DNA of 64,000 bases from Tubulanus polymorphus (taxonomy: Eukaryota > Animalia > Nemertea), in the NCBI RefSeq assembly GCF_964204645.1, contig NC_134033.1:3182131-3246130 (forward strand), written 5' to 3'. Numbering within the stretch: position 1 is the first letter of the stretch; each line of letters opens with the position of its first letter. The notes under the pieces were generated by a model. The model did no database searches, was not told where the DNA came from, and was given only the letters and a program-made list of their open reading frames with translations. The position numbers and the translations under genes are program-made. Positions 1 to 12,600 of the stretch are shown here, one piece after another.

Positions 1-145
1 ATTTTTTTAATCAAACCTTATCGAAAACAAGTCATTGACCCTTTAACGGCAGAGTTGCAATATTTTCGGTTAAATGGCAAAGAAAAATACGGCATGAACA
101 TTTATTGATTATCGATGATTTACTCTATGTTTGCATCTATTGTAG

Positions 146-3100
146 GCTAGAAATGGTCATTTAGTGTCGTATGACAGTCTGTTCCCCCGTTATTCGAAAC
201 GGAAGTTACAATATCGTATCAGTAGATTTGCACTCAGCTCGAAAATCGACATCTATGAGTCTGTATTCGGAACTCAGGAATTAAAACTAACAGTTTTATC
301 AGAGAACTGTGATCGAGCTGGTTTTTATATATTTGATGGTAGTAATTTCACAACTAGACGCTATGGTCCGTATTGTCCTGGTTCATACTACGGTCGATCT
401 GTCGTCAGCCTGATTACATCAGGTGGACCGGTTACTGTAGTAGCATACGCTTACAACTGGCATGATCTACTAGTATCTGGTTATCTCAAGTTTGTTCCTA
501 CTGACTGTGACGGGTATGTTCTACAGGAAGGAGAACGACAAATCACATTGACGTCATATTGTCTCGTGATTACTCCTGAAAATCGACGCCTACCGGTAGA
601 AAACATTGATGTATTATCAGAACACGAATATCAAATTGACAGATGTTATCGTACAGCTATGAATCCCTGTTCAGCGATAAGTCTCAATAGTCAATTGTTA
701 AATACCAGTCTCGTAATAAACCATGTGAAATTATTACTCACTAAATATAGATTCTGGAGGACACCACTAATGATTGTATTACGACGTAAATGTCAGAAAT
801 TAAAACAAAGTCTACATATTCCAGGGATCCGGGGTGGAAGGGATGCTATAGATTGTGGACTCGTGCAGTCACCGAACTTCCCTGGATTATCAACCTCTTT
901 CTCAACTATATTCTTTAGTTTTTCTTTTCCTACTGACAAAAATATAAATCATTACATCAGATTCCTGTTTAAATTTATTGGACAAACATCATGCTCCGAA
1001 TCTGTTGGTACCCGCACAAGGGGATCAATATTACTAACACAAATTATCAAAATATTTGATGATCCGAACAATTTATTTTCCACGTTTACAGAAACCCGTC
1101 ATACAACAACAATATGTGAAAATAACGCAGTAGCAGGACTTGTATTGTACAGTCTACTCGGGTATGACTTGTATTTTGAGCTGTCAAAGTACATGCCAAT
1201 ATTTCGAATTCAATACACTTTAGAACAATCACCTTTAAAAAAACACCGAATCAATGGCTGCCGATCAGATTTTCTAGATTCAGGTGTTTCGTGTATAAGA
1301 TACATCAAACATGAACGTCTGAATTGGGAGAACGCTGAAATTTACTGTCAACAGAAATATGGAGGACATCTTCTCAGTATCAACTCTGAACAAGAAATGA
1401 TTGCCGTGAAAAAGCTGTTCGCTACAAAACTGCTTCATGAGGCATATTCACAGGTGGCGCTTATTGTGATGATTGGATTGAAATGGCAGGTAAAATACAT
1501 ATCAAATATTAATCATCTAATTGAGCTTTCATATTATGATTTATCTTCATGTCATGTGTATATATAAGGTATTAAAAGCTATTCCAGAAATGATTAGAAC
1601 ACAGAAAATAATCCAAAACAAGTTTTCACCAATGTAGGTATAACAAGTGTTTGTCTTTAAAGGAGTCCAGTGGTTATTACTCGTGGTCTGATGGTAAACC
1701 GTTCAGTTACACGGAATGGTTCGAACCCGCTGCTGTTAATGAAACGATACCAGAAGTTATTCGAGGATTGATATCTCCGCTAAGAAAACAACCGATAAAT
1801 GACGTCAATATGCCGTGTACGGCGATGATACTGAATAATCCACGAGGATCGGCGAACTGGGTTCGATTCCCGTGTCAAATCGAGGAGACGCACACGACAT
1901 TCATTTGTGAAACAGAAAGAAACGATTTTAATGCATCTTCACAAAACGATACAACTGGAATAAAGCGGAAAAACTTTGAACTATTTAACTCCACGTGTCT
2001 AAGAGGATGGATTCATATAGAAGCGCATTGCTATCAGATACTTACAGACTGGCAAACGCTCCAATCTGAAAGTGTAACAATCCAGACAGCCAGAGAAATG
2101 TGTCTTAAAATCGGTGGAGACATAGGTATAATAACATCTGATATCGAAATTCAGTATTTGATAAATGTTTTCCACTATCAGCATCAATATGGCGCTATAC
2201 TGACTTATCATATAAGCGGAAGAATTGTGGCAATAAAACCAGTTGTAATTAGAGATTGGATAACATATTTTCAAACAGTGAAATGGTCAGTGACTGCCTT
2301 CGATAATGTCACAGATGAAGCGCATTCCGTGCTATGTTCCTACGATGTAACTGGTGAAGAGTTAGCTTCTATAAGCGGTTGTAAATCGTGGCAGTTTGAA
2401 TGTAACGATCAAAGATGTATCAGCGACCATCGCGTATGTGATACCAGACACGACTGTCAACACGGTGAAGATGAACTCAATTGTACGGATATCAATTTAC
2501 ACAGTCAGTTCCGCTGTAACGATGGGCAGGTTATATCGATTAGCGGTTTCTGTGACTTTATACGAGATTGCGTCGATGGCTCGGATGAGAACTCGTGCTA
2601 TCATATTTCATGTTCCTCTGATCAGTTTAAGTGTAACGACGGACAATGTGTGGGTAAATATAAACGATGTGATGGACTTGCTGATTGTCAAGATAAATCC
2701 GATGAGATCGGCTGCTCTTCGGACGAATGTAACGGGTTTTTGTGCGTAAATGGCGAATGTATCAGTTCTCTGTTGTATCGGGATGGTGTTGTAGATTGTG
2801 GCGGGGACCTCGAAGAAGATGAAATAGTAACGACCGATATAACAATCAAACCACAAATTCACTGCACTACAGAGAACTACTGCACAACCAATTTCACTTC
2901 ACTCTGTACCGAATCGGAAAAACAAAGATGTTCATTCGATTCTCCTCATTGTTACGCGAGAAGAGATAGATGTATTTTAGAAAGAATGCCGACAGGTTTT
3001 CCTGTTTGTAGAAGACTCGAACATTTACTGAATTGTAATGAGTTTGAATGTGCAGCTGGTACAGTGAAATGTCCATCGTCTTACTGTATACCGATTAGAC

Positions 3101-4893
3101 ACGTGTGCGATGGTCGATCAGATTGTCCTAATTCAGAAGATGAACTCAATTGCGAAACGTTTTCGTGTCCGGGAATGTTTAAATGCGCTGACGAACATCG
3201 ATGTATTCCTCAGTCGGAAGTTTGCGATGGCGTCGTTAATTGTAAACATAACTCGGATGACGAGGCTTACTGCGACGTCACGTGTCCTAACTATTGTAAA
3301 TGTCAAGGTCGTTTCATCGATTGTGAAAATACTTTATTATCGGATATTTCTCGAATTTTTGCCGCTTCGACTCGAGTTTTGATTTTATCGAATAACCGAG
3401 TTAGATTCAATGAATCGACATTTTCCTCTTTTCTGTACCTTTTCTTGCTCAATATTTCCCGTAATGATTTATCTGACATTGTCTCCAACGCGTTTTCTAA
3501 TCTACGCAATCTAAATACATTAGATCTGTCGTATAATCGCCTAGTATCACTAGATACTGATACATTCACCGGTTTAAACAGTTTGAAACAACTTTTACTC
3601 GCTGGAAATCCGCTGAGATATTTGAACGACGGAAGCTTCAACGGTTTGACGTCACTTCCGGTAATGGATCTCCGTGAACTCTCTATATCGATTCTTACTC
3701 GTAACGTATTCCGAGGTTTACCAGCGCTGAAATATTTGAATATCAGCAGTAACGTAATCGAATCAATATCCAGATACGCGTTTACTGGGTTGAGGTCACT
3801 GGGAGTTCTAGATTTCACTAACAATTCTCGGATCATTTCTACGGAAAATAATATCTTCGATAATCTGACGTCTTTATATTTTCTCGCTTCGGACGCGTAT
3901 AAATTCTGTTGTATGGCGCCGAATATTGACCGGTGTCTCCCGGATCCTGATCAATTCTCATCGTGTTCAGACCTCATTGAGAACACTGTCCTCAGAGCTG
4001 TTATCTGGATCATCGCTTGTTTTACTTGCACTTCCAATATTACCGTTATCTTATTTCGTTTTAGGTCGATTCGAGTTTCGTCAGAAACGCAAAATAAATC
4101 GTCGGATATCCTCATCATCAATATCGCGCTTTGTGATTTGCTGATGTCTGTTTATCTGTTTCTGATCGCTGCAACTGATCACGTTTATAAAGGTGTTTAT
4201 TTTCTGAATTCTGAAACTTGGACTCGTAGTTCATTATGCGGTGTTGCCGGTATTGTGGTGACGATATCTTGCGAAGGTTCTTTAACATTTCTCCTTCTCC
4301 TCACGCGTTTCAGATATTCGAATATAATCGACCCATTTTCCGGTAACCCGGTTTTATCCTCAAATATCATTATGATTCTGTCTTGTTTATGCTGGATATT
4401 TCTGAGTTTAATCGCCTTTCTGCCGCTGTCTCGGTCGTCTTATTTCGGTGATAATTTTTACGGTAGTACGGGTATCTGTTTACCTATGAATTTAATATCT
4501 ATAGATGTCAATGGTTGGCAATATTCGTTCGCTATATTCGCTGTATTAAACGCGATCATTCTCACTCTGATAATGATGTCGTACGCGCAGATGTACAAGT
4601 ATGTATCCGGAAGCAGGTCCGGTTCGGGTAGAGCCGATCCTACAGAACTCGTTCTAGCTCGACGCAGTTTAGTCATCAATTTGTGTAATTTATTTTGCTG
4701 GTTACCGTTAATAATCGTTCAGTTTTGCGCCGTATTTTCGGTCGAGATACCGAACCAGGTTGCCGCTTGGCTGGCCGTTCTTTTCTTGCCGATAAACTCA
4801 ACTCTGAACCCACTTCTTTACACTATTCTAACTATCGATATGAAATCAATACGAGCTCGAAATAAACGCAGAAAACGACAACCAATCAAATGA
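146..4893 (+). CDS. GRL101: GRL101-like leucine-rich-repeat GPCR, copy 1 (5'-partial; exons 146-1489 and 1663-4893; exon 1 lies upstream of the window)
   Basis: Acceptor tgtag|GCT at 146, donor CAG|gtaaaa at 1489 and acceptor aaag|GAG at 1663 are all phase 0 and join ORFs 164..1567 and 1651..4893. Domains: a C-type lectin domain split by the intron (WENAEIYC..GGHLLSINS / WSDGKP..W), a second CTL-like domain, about 7 LDLa repeats (C..DC..GSDE..C), LRRNT + LRRs, hinge CC..FSSCSDL, and a 7TM with CWLP and NPLLY. Confidence 0.9.
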
Positions 4894-6004
4894 TGATAAT
4901 ACTGATAATCTCTATACTGTGAAGACAATAATGATCAATAATTATCATTTATTTCCTCTATAGCACAGCGTTAAGGATAATCACAACACTTTACAAACAT
5001 TAAGATAAGATATTACACATAAACGATATTTGAAAATATGAATACATTTCATCGACCCACATTAAAGACTGCGCCGACCGCGGAGCCAATAAAGAAGTTT
5101 CCAGTTTCTAAGCGCCATTTTGTGGCGGTCCCTCGAGATTTCTCGAGGCTTCTGATTATCTCCTAACCCGTGATTGTAAACCATCGTCCATCCGACTTCG
5201 CTCTACCTCTGAGAAAATTTATTCTTTTCCCATTTTGAATCTTTTTTTTACAATTATCAATAATTAGACACTGGTGAGATTATACTGAATTTATTTTAGA
5301 ACTTAGAATTGCTCTGTTAATCTTCCCTTATCTGTAATGATCAATCCTGGTTTCATCAAAGTCATCTTTTCTATCGCTGCTTTCTTTTATAAGCTTCTAA
5401 CTATCGTTTCAAAGCCGTCCTTGATTTAATATCATTACAATTTTAATTTACTTGCTGATTCATTAATTCTGTAAAAATTTTTACCTCAAAATAATTATTC
5501 ATATCACCTCAACATTGTTGAGCACTATCACGGCTAATGATTTAATTCCGACATTCAGTATTCCTGAAGATGTCTATTACGATACGAGGCGAAACGTCAA
5601 CAATAAAACGTTACTAACCTTTTCGGGATCGTTTTGCTGCGCGAGAGCAGATAATTTATTTAATGCTCGATCACCGTTAAAGCTTCTCAAAACGCGCAGA
5701 CGAATAGGGCTGGAAACATGAAAATAGAAAATCAACAAATGTCACCAGCAAGTCGTTGAAGTATCTCCTATTATTCCGATACAGCAGAACCAGCCATGGT
5801 TTCGGCGTTGAACGTTAAACTCTCCTCGCAATGGGTAGAGAATGTGTAACCAAATACTGTATAAATAATAAAACAGTTTCCAGTAGCGATATCGGATCTT
5901 CTTCTATCGGTTTTGTGAAATATTCGACTACAACAAGCCAGAAATTTTGGGGAATCATCATTCAGTTCTGTTTAAGTTGTGAGGTGGAGTTTATACGTCG
6001 GAAA

Positions 6005-7270
6005 ATGAGGAACAAGTCGCTCTCATCCATCGTATTAGTGATCGTTATCGTGATCGCTCGCGGTATCAGTAAGTTCAGAATAATATTATATTACTTTCAA
6101 CACAACACATTCATTATTCACATTTTGCTGGAAGATATTCGACGGTCGCAAAATGATCAATAAACATCTTTTTAAAAAATCGATTTTTCTACTTCAAATT
6201 ATTCTTCCGTAAAATCTTCTAATCGTTTTAAACCAAACACATTTTCAGTGTTTTTCTATCGATGAAATACACGCATATCGGTTCGTGACGATGCAATGAT
6301 CATCGTCGGTACGCTGGGCTAGATATAGGGGTTAATCTCATGGGACCCCTGCCTTCCAGTCGAGTTCGCCTTCTTACCAGGACTGTTGGAGATTGCTAAA
6401 ACTTAACGATTTTACGCTCATCATTTGAAATCGTATCTATTCTGGTGGATTACTTCAAAAATACCTAGCGCCCCGATATCGTAGCCCACGTCGAGGCTGC
6501 TTCCATCCGACGAACGCCAACTCAGACCCCGCTTTCCGATTTTCCTAAAACTAGATCCTGATATTTTCGTACTCGTATATTGTATATTATATATTCGAAG
6601 TCTTGCGGAACGTCGCTTTGAACAAACCGGTATACCAAAGCTCCTTAGGAGGAAATGCTCGAAAAGCTGTCGACGGTAGTACTAACACTAAGTACGGAGC
6701 TGGTAGCTGTACCCACACCGCGGCCAAACCCGGAATGCATTGGTGGATGGTTGATTTACAGGCTGTTTATGAAGTCAAGGCGTTTACGTTGTTCAATAGA
6801 CAAATGGCACGTAATCATCTCGTTTTATGAAGTCTTTTTAGAAAATTTTGGAAATCGATCGAATCGAACGCCATGAGCGCTTAATTTACTTTTACCAAAT
6901 CAGAGGGCGCACCCACGTTCACGAAATCGTGGAGAAAGAGTTGTTAAAAATTATAAATGATTTAGTTCTTAGAAATCATAGCAAAAGGGGGGTTGTTTAT
7001 ACGTGGACTCTCAATGAATTATTCACGTACGTGACGTAATTGAACTCGAGTTTTTCTGATTTTTTGTTCACAGCTCAAAGACTCAGAAACTTTACGATCG
7101 TCGTTTTTGAACGCTAAGAACGTTACGGGTAATTTGGTACAAATTGACCCGTCCTCAATCTGTGCCTTTCAAAGTGAACCAATGGAATCCAGTGAGATGA
7201 AACAATTCGACTGCGCGCATTAACTGGTCGCTTTATAACGGTCAAAATTAGCTTCATGAACAATAAATGA
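6005..7270 (+). pseudogene. F-type lectin (fucolectin / F5/8-type-C-like) gene, frameshifted; exons ~6005-6068, 6601-6810, 7074-~7270
   Basis: Signal-peptide-like exon MRNKSLSSIVLVIVIVIARGI|gtaagt. Exon 2 reads NVALNKPVYQSS..A.KAVDG...SCTHT.....WWMVDL..VY.V....LFNR, the classic F-type lectin N-terminal half. Exon 3 starts PQRLRNFTI and then hits a stop. ICAF..FDC and TGRFITV continue in two other frames, and the terminal L.LCEVEV strand is missing. Confidence 0.75.
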
Positions 7271-7393
7271 AATGAAAATCAAACAACGTCCTTTCGACTA
7301 GTTATAAACATAATTATCGTCACAACTACTACGACATATCTGAACTGTTCAGTTGGTTTTATTAAGAAATCGAGTGAATAGAAATTACCTTCC

Positions 7394-8323
7394 CAGGGGC
7401 GGATCCAGGGTGCCTTCCATGCCTTCCGGAAGACAGTCAAAAAATCCCGAGGTCTCGAATTTTTAAGTGCCCTTCGAAATTTCACCGGCAATATTTTTGA
7501 CGGCATTATTTCAGCAACCGCTATTTCAGTGTCCGTAATCCGGGCATAACTATAAAATTAATCGGTATATACCGCTGCCGAGAAAGTGAGGAGAGATAAT
7601 CATATTTGTAAAGCCTTTAATCATGATAAATTAAAAAGGGCACTTTCCTTTTGCAAGGGGCACTCATGCTTTAGATGAGGGCACCTTGTCCTTGCCTTTT
7701 CAGGGAGGGCTAAAGGGGCACTCGTACTTTAGAAGAGGGCACTATACGCGGAAAAATGTTGAAGAAAAGGGCACTTTTTTGCCTAATTTTTAAAATTTTA
7801 GGGGCACTTTTGGTTTGGATGGCACACGACATAAGGATAAATGTGAAGACGGGGCAATTTTTGCCGATTGTTAACAATGAAGGGACACTTAGACATATTC
7901 TGTATAATTGTTAAGGGGCACTTTTAAAGATTATAGGGGCACTAGGCGAAGTTGGCGACAACCATTCTTTCATGGGTTCACCAGCTTCATTTTTTATCCG
8001 CATCTGTTGAAATCTTGTCTCGAATTCGTTTATTCTGGATTGCTCTGCTAGCCTCTAGAAGCCCCCTAAAAGCCTTTAAATGGTACCATATTTTCAAAAT
8101 TTTCTGGGGGTGGGACCCCCCTCTAAGGACTTCGCGCCTTCGGCGCTCGCATTAACCTGGATACTGGGTGTGCACTAAGATCAGAAAGGAGCCCTTAAAT
8201 TTCCTTCCAATACTGTTTACCCATCCCCCTGGATCCGCCCCTGGGGGTTACCCCGCACTCCCCCTTTGGGTGCCCTCATTTCTTTAGGAAGGCAATCAAA
8301 ATATGCCCCTGGATCCACCCCTG
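7394..8323. mobile_element. Non-autonomous DNA transposon (MITE) with CAGGGGCGGATCCAGG TIRs and internal AAGGGCAC repeats
   Basis: Left TIR caggggcggatccaggg at 7394. Right TIR ccctggatccacccctg ends at 8323, with a second right-end copy near 8227-8243. The 5-bp direct repeat CTTCC sits on both flanks (7389-7393 and 8324-8328). Confidence 0.75.
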
Positions 8324-9629
8324 CTTCCTAACTTCGTAATGTACAGTATTCTCATCGGGTGAGAAGGGGAAAAAAGTTGATTACAGACATAAGACATATG
8401 AGCACGACATAAACTCATAATATATTGTGTTGTGCGATGATTCTATGGTGAGTTTTATCTATATATTATCCATGTTTTGAAATATCCTTCTAAGTACAGC
8501 ATTGGGTAGTTTACCTTCTTCGACGAGTTCCATATGGATTTTATCGGCTTCAGCATTGGTCGAAAACAAAGATACGTCGGAAATATTTTGCAACCCTACT
8601 ACTGGATCGAGCAAACCTCATAACTGGATAACAGCCTCTAAAGTGTTGCTCGAACTGCATTCAGCAGGACTCAAACTCTTGAGCAGGTATAATTCTCCAA
8701 AGCGCTGATAGCATCAGGCTTTGTTCCAATGAGCTTTTTTTGTGGTTCCTTTTTGAATGTCCAGCTCATCCATCCGTACAGATACTCCGGCATCCGCGAG
8801 TATTCTATGACGAAAGGATTTGTTAGATCTGTGAGTAATCGGACGCTGATTATGTCCTGACAGAAAAGCATTATGTCCTGAATGAAACAGCTTGATCCAC
8901 CGAGCCACGCCGCAAACTACAACAGGGACTAAAACTGTGGATACAGTGGAATTTCTGGATACGGCGAAATACTACCGCTAGCTGTATCGCAAGTTGCTGC
9001 CACTATGCTCTTTTAAGCGGGATTTTCATTCTAAAAATTAATTACATCGATTTAAACAAAAAATTCTGTAATTTTGACCGCCGATCACACGACTTTATCT
9101 ATACTTCGATTTCCGATTTCAAAATCAAAACCCCTGTTTCGCTACCGGCAGGTGTGGTGTGTTTATAAGGGACACCAAATCATAAAAATCAAACGAATAG
9201 CAGAGTCAATCCCTATTTTAAGATAAAAAGATATGAATCGAGTCTGGCAATCAACAAATCGATGGCCAGTCGACTCAAGTTGGTATCTAGAAAATCCGCT
9301 AACGATGAGGAGAACAGCACCTTACAACGAGCTAGAGGTAGTATTCGAAATAGGACGTTTTGAATTTAGAGTTTTGAAATTGTATGTACGTATATAAAAC
9401 TGACTCGGCACAAAATATCGAATAACATTTTTACATTTCATTTGAATCTCGTTAATCATTAATTCGGTTTCGTAGATTAACGAATTCAATTTTTAATGAG
9501 CGCCGTGTAGTCTGACTCATCCTCTCTACCGCTCTCTCTCTCTCTCACTCACTCGGAAACGCCCAACATTAATTGGATTAAAATCTATTCGCTGTAGTTA
9601 GAGTTAAACTGATCGAGGAGAATGTCAAC

Positions 9630-12600
9630 ATGACGCGCAGTCTCTTAACGTTATTACTCATTCTACTAATGAAACTGTCGTCGGTTCAGACGACTGATCG
9701 GATCTCTACCGATCAACCGTCTGTAACTGTCAGTTCACGGTGTAACAATACGTGGTTTTCACTCGATTCTACGTCCGGTTACATCGTTTCACCGAATTAT
9801 CCGTCGTTTACGCGCGGCGTTGAATGTCGTTGGTTCGTCAACAGCTCTTTACCGGGCACCTTTCGCGTCCAAGTTTACTACGACATCGAGCCGTCTATAT
9901 TTTGTAGAGATAACTATCTTCACATCAGCGATTCTGATAACTTACTGTGCGGTGCTGGAAAACAATTAGATATTTACCGCAGTAATTCATTAACGTTGAT
10001 GTTTAAGAGTGATGTAAATGATGTTGTGAAAGGAAGTCGAGTTTATGTATTTTATCGTGTGCAGGAAAAGCATCTGAAAACTGTTCACCACTGTTCGTCC
10101 TACCAACTAAAACAATTGCAAACTTTTGAAACTGGTTATAAATTTGCTATCATCGAAATGTATGGAATATTATGTAGTTTCCTGCAGCTGGAGTGGTCCG
10201 GGATACCAGAGGGTTTAGGTATGAATCTGACTTTTGAGAGAATAGATTTTAGATTGTTACAAGCAGGTTTAGATTTGACCGTTCAAATTTATGACGGATG
10301 GAACACAAGTGAACCTATAATGAATATACGGGAACAAACCGGACATCCGCCCATCTCTATTTACACTAAAACTAACAGAGCTATCGTCACTTTTTCAATG
10401 AGACAGGTCCGAGTGACTCTCAAAACTAATCTATTTGTAAAACTGTATAGAATATCAGATTGGAATATTTCGAATCCATCGATTTCGATTTATAAAAACA
10501 AATCTGGAGTGCTCATTCCTGGTGATAGGCCGCACGTAATAACTCGGTCTAAACGCTTATACTGCTGGTCTATCACAGCTGAAATACTGCAGTACGTCGT
10601 CTTCAACTGGTCACGTGATCTCGTCACTTCCGGTGACGTCATCGGTGTTTATAAACTGGAAGGTTTAACGGTTGTCGGAACTGATATTTTACTCGGCGAA
10701 AACTTCCTGGAATCGTTAGGCGTAAAATCTGACGGATTTCTCGTCATATTGTGTTTACTGTTGTCAGAGAATCTTTTCGGAAAATCGTTGAGGAATTCAA
10801 CATCGTTCGAATACAAAATAGAATCATTGAAGGAAACGGACGTCAAAGTGGAAGATAAAAAAGTGAGTTGAAACAGCATGAAAATATCTTTTATATTTAT
10901 TGTATTGATTTGAAATTGTTTGACAACGATGAAATAATGTGTAGAATTCACAGGAATCGTAATTTTTTGACATCAAACCTGATCGAACACAAGTCATTAA
11001 CCCTTTAACGACAGAGTCGCAATATTTTTTGGTTAAATTGGCAAAGGAAAACACGGCATGAACATCAATTGAATACCGATGATTTACTCTATGTTTGCAT
11101 CTATTGCAGGTTGGAAATACTCATTCAGTGGACTATTACAGTCTGTTCCCCCGTTATTCGAAACGGAAGTTACAATATCGTATCAGTAGATTTGCACTCA
11201 GCTCGAAAATCGACATCTATGAGGATACATTAGGAACTCGGCAATTAAAACTAACAGTTTTATCAGAGAATTGTGATCGAGCTGGTTTTTATATATTCGA
11301 TGGTAGTAATTTCACAGCTAGACGCTATGGTCCGTATTGTCCTGGTTCATACTACGGTCGATCTGTCGTCAGCCTGATTACATCAGGTGGACCGGTTACT
11401 GTAGTAGCGTACGCTTACAACTGGTATGATCTACTAGGATCTGGTTATCTCAAGTTTGTTCCTACTGATTGTGATAGTTATGTTCTACAGGAAGGAGAAC
11501 GTCAGATCATTATGACGTCATACTGTCTCGTGATTACACCTGAAAATCGACGCCTACCGATAGAAAACATAGATGTATTATCAGAACACGAATATCAAAT
11601 TGACAGATGTTATCGTACAGCTAGGACTCCCTGTTCAGCGATAAGTCTCAATAGTCACGTGATAAATACCAGTCTCGTATTAAACCATGTGAAATTATTA
11701 CGCGATAAATATAAATTCTGGAGTTCACCATTAATGATTGTATTACGACGTAAATGTCAGAAATTAAAACAAAGTCTACATATTCCAGGATCATTTGGTG
11801 GAATTTCAAGGAACGCTGATCATTGTGGACTCGTGCAGTCACCGAACTTCCCTGGATTATCAACCTCCTCAACTATATTCTTTAGTTTTTCCTTTCCTAC
11901 TGACGAAAAAATAAATCATTACATCAGATTCCTGTTGAAATTTATCGGACAAACATCATGCTCCAAATTTGTTGGTACCCGCACAAGGGGATCAATATTA
12001 CTAACACAAATTATCAAATTATTTGACGATCCGAAAAATTTATTTTCCACCTTCACAGAAACCCGTCATACAATAACAATATGTGAAAATAACGCAGTAG
12101 CAGGACTTGTATTGTACAGTCTACTCGGGTATGACCTGTATTTTGAGTTATCCATGTACATGCCAATATTTCGAATCCAATACACTTTAGAACAATCGCC
12201 TTTAAAGAAACACCGAATCAATGGCTGCCGATCAGATTTTCTAGATTCAGGTGTTTCGTGTATCAGATACGTCAAACATGAACGTCCGAATTGGGAGAAT
12301 GCTGAAATTTACTGTCAACAGAAATATGGAGGACATCTTCTCAGTATCAACTCTCAACGTGATATGATGGCCGTTAAAAAGCTGTTCGCTACAAAACTGC
12401 TTCATGAGGCATATTCACAGGCGGCGCTTATTGTGATGATAGGATTGAAATGGCAGGTAAAATACATATCAAATATAATTCATCTAATTGAGCTTTGATG
12501 ATTATCATATATGTTCTTGTCATGTGAAAAGATAAGAAGTTGTTCAAAAAATGATTAGACCATAAAAAATAATCCAAAAAGAGTTTTCTGCAATAACAAG

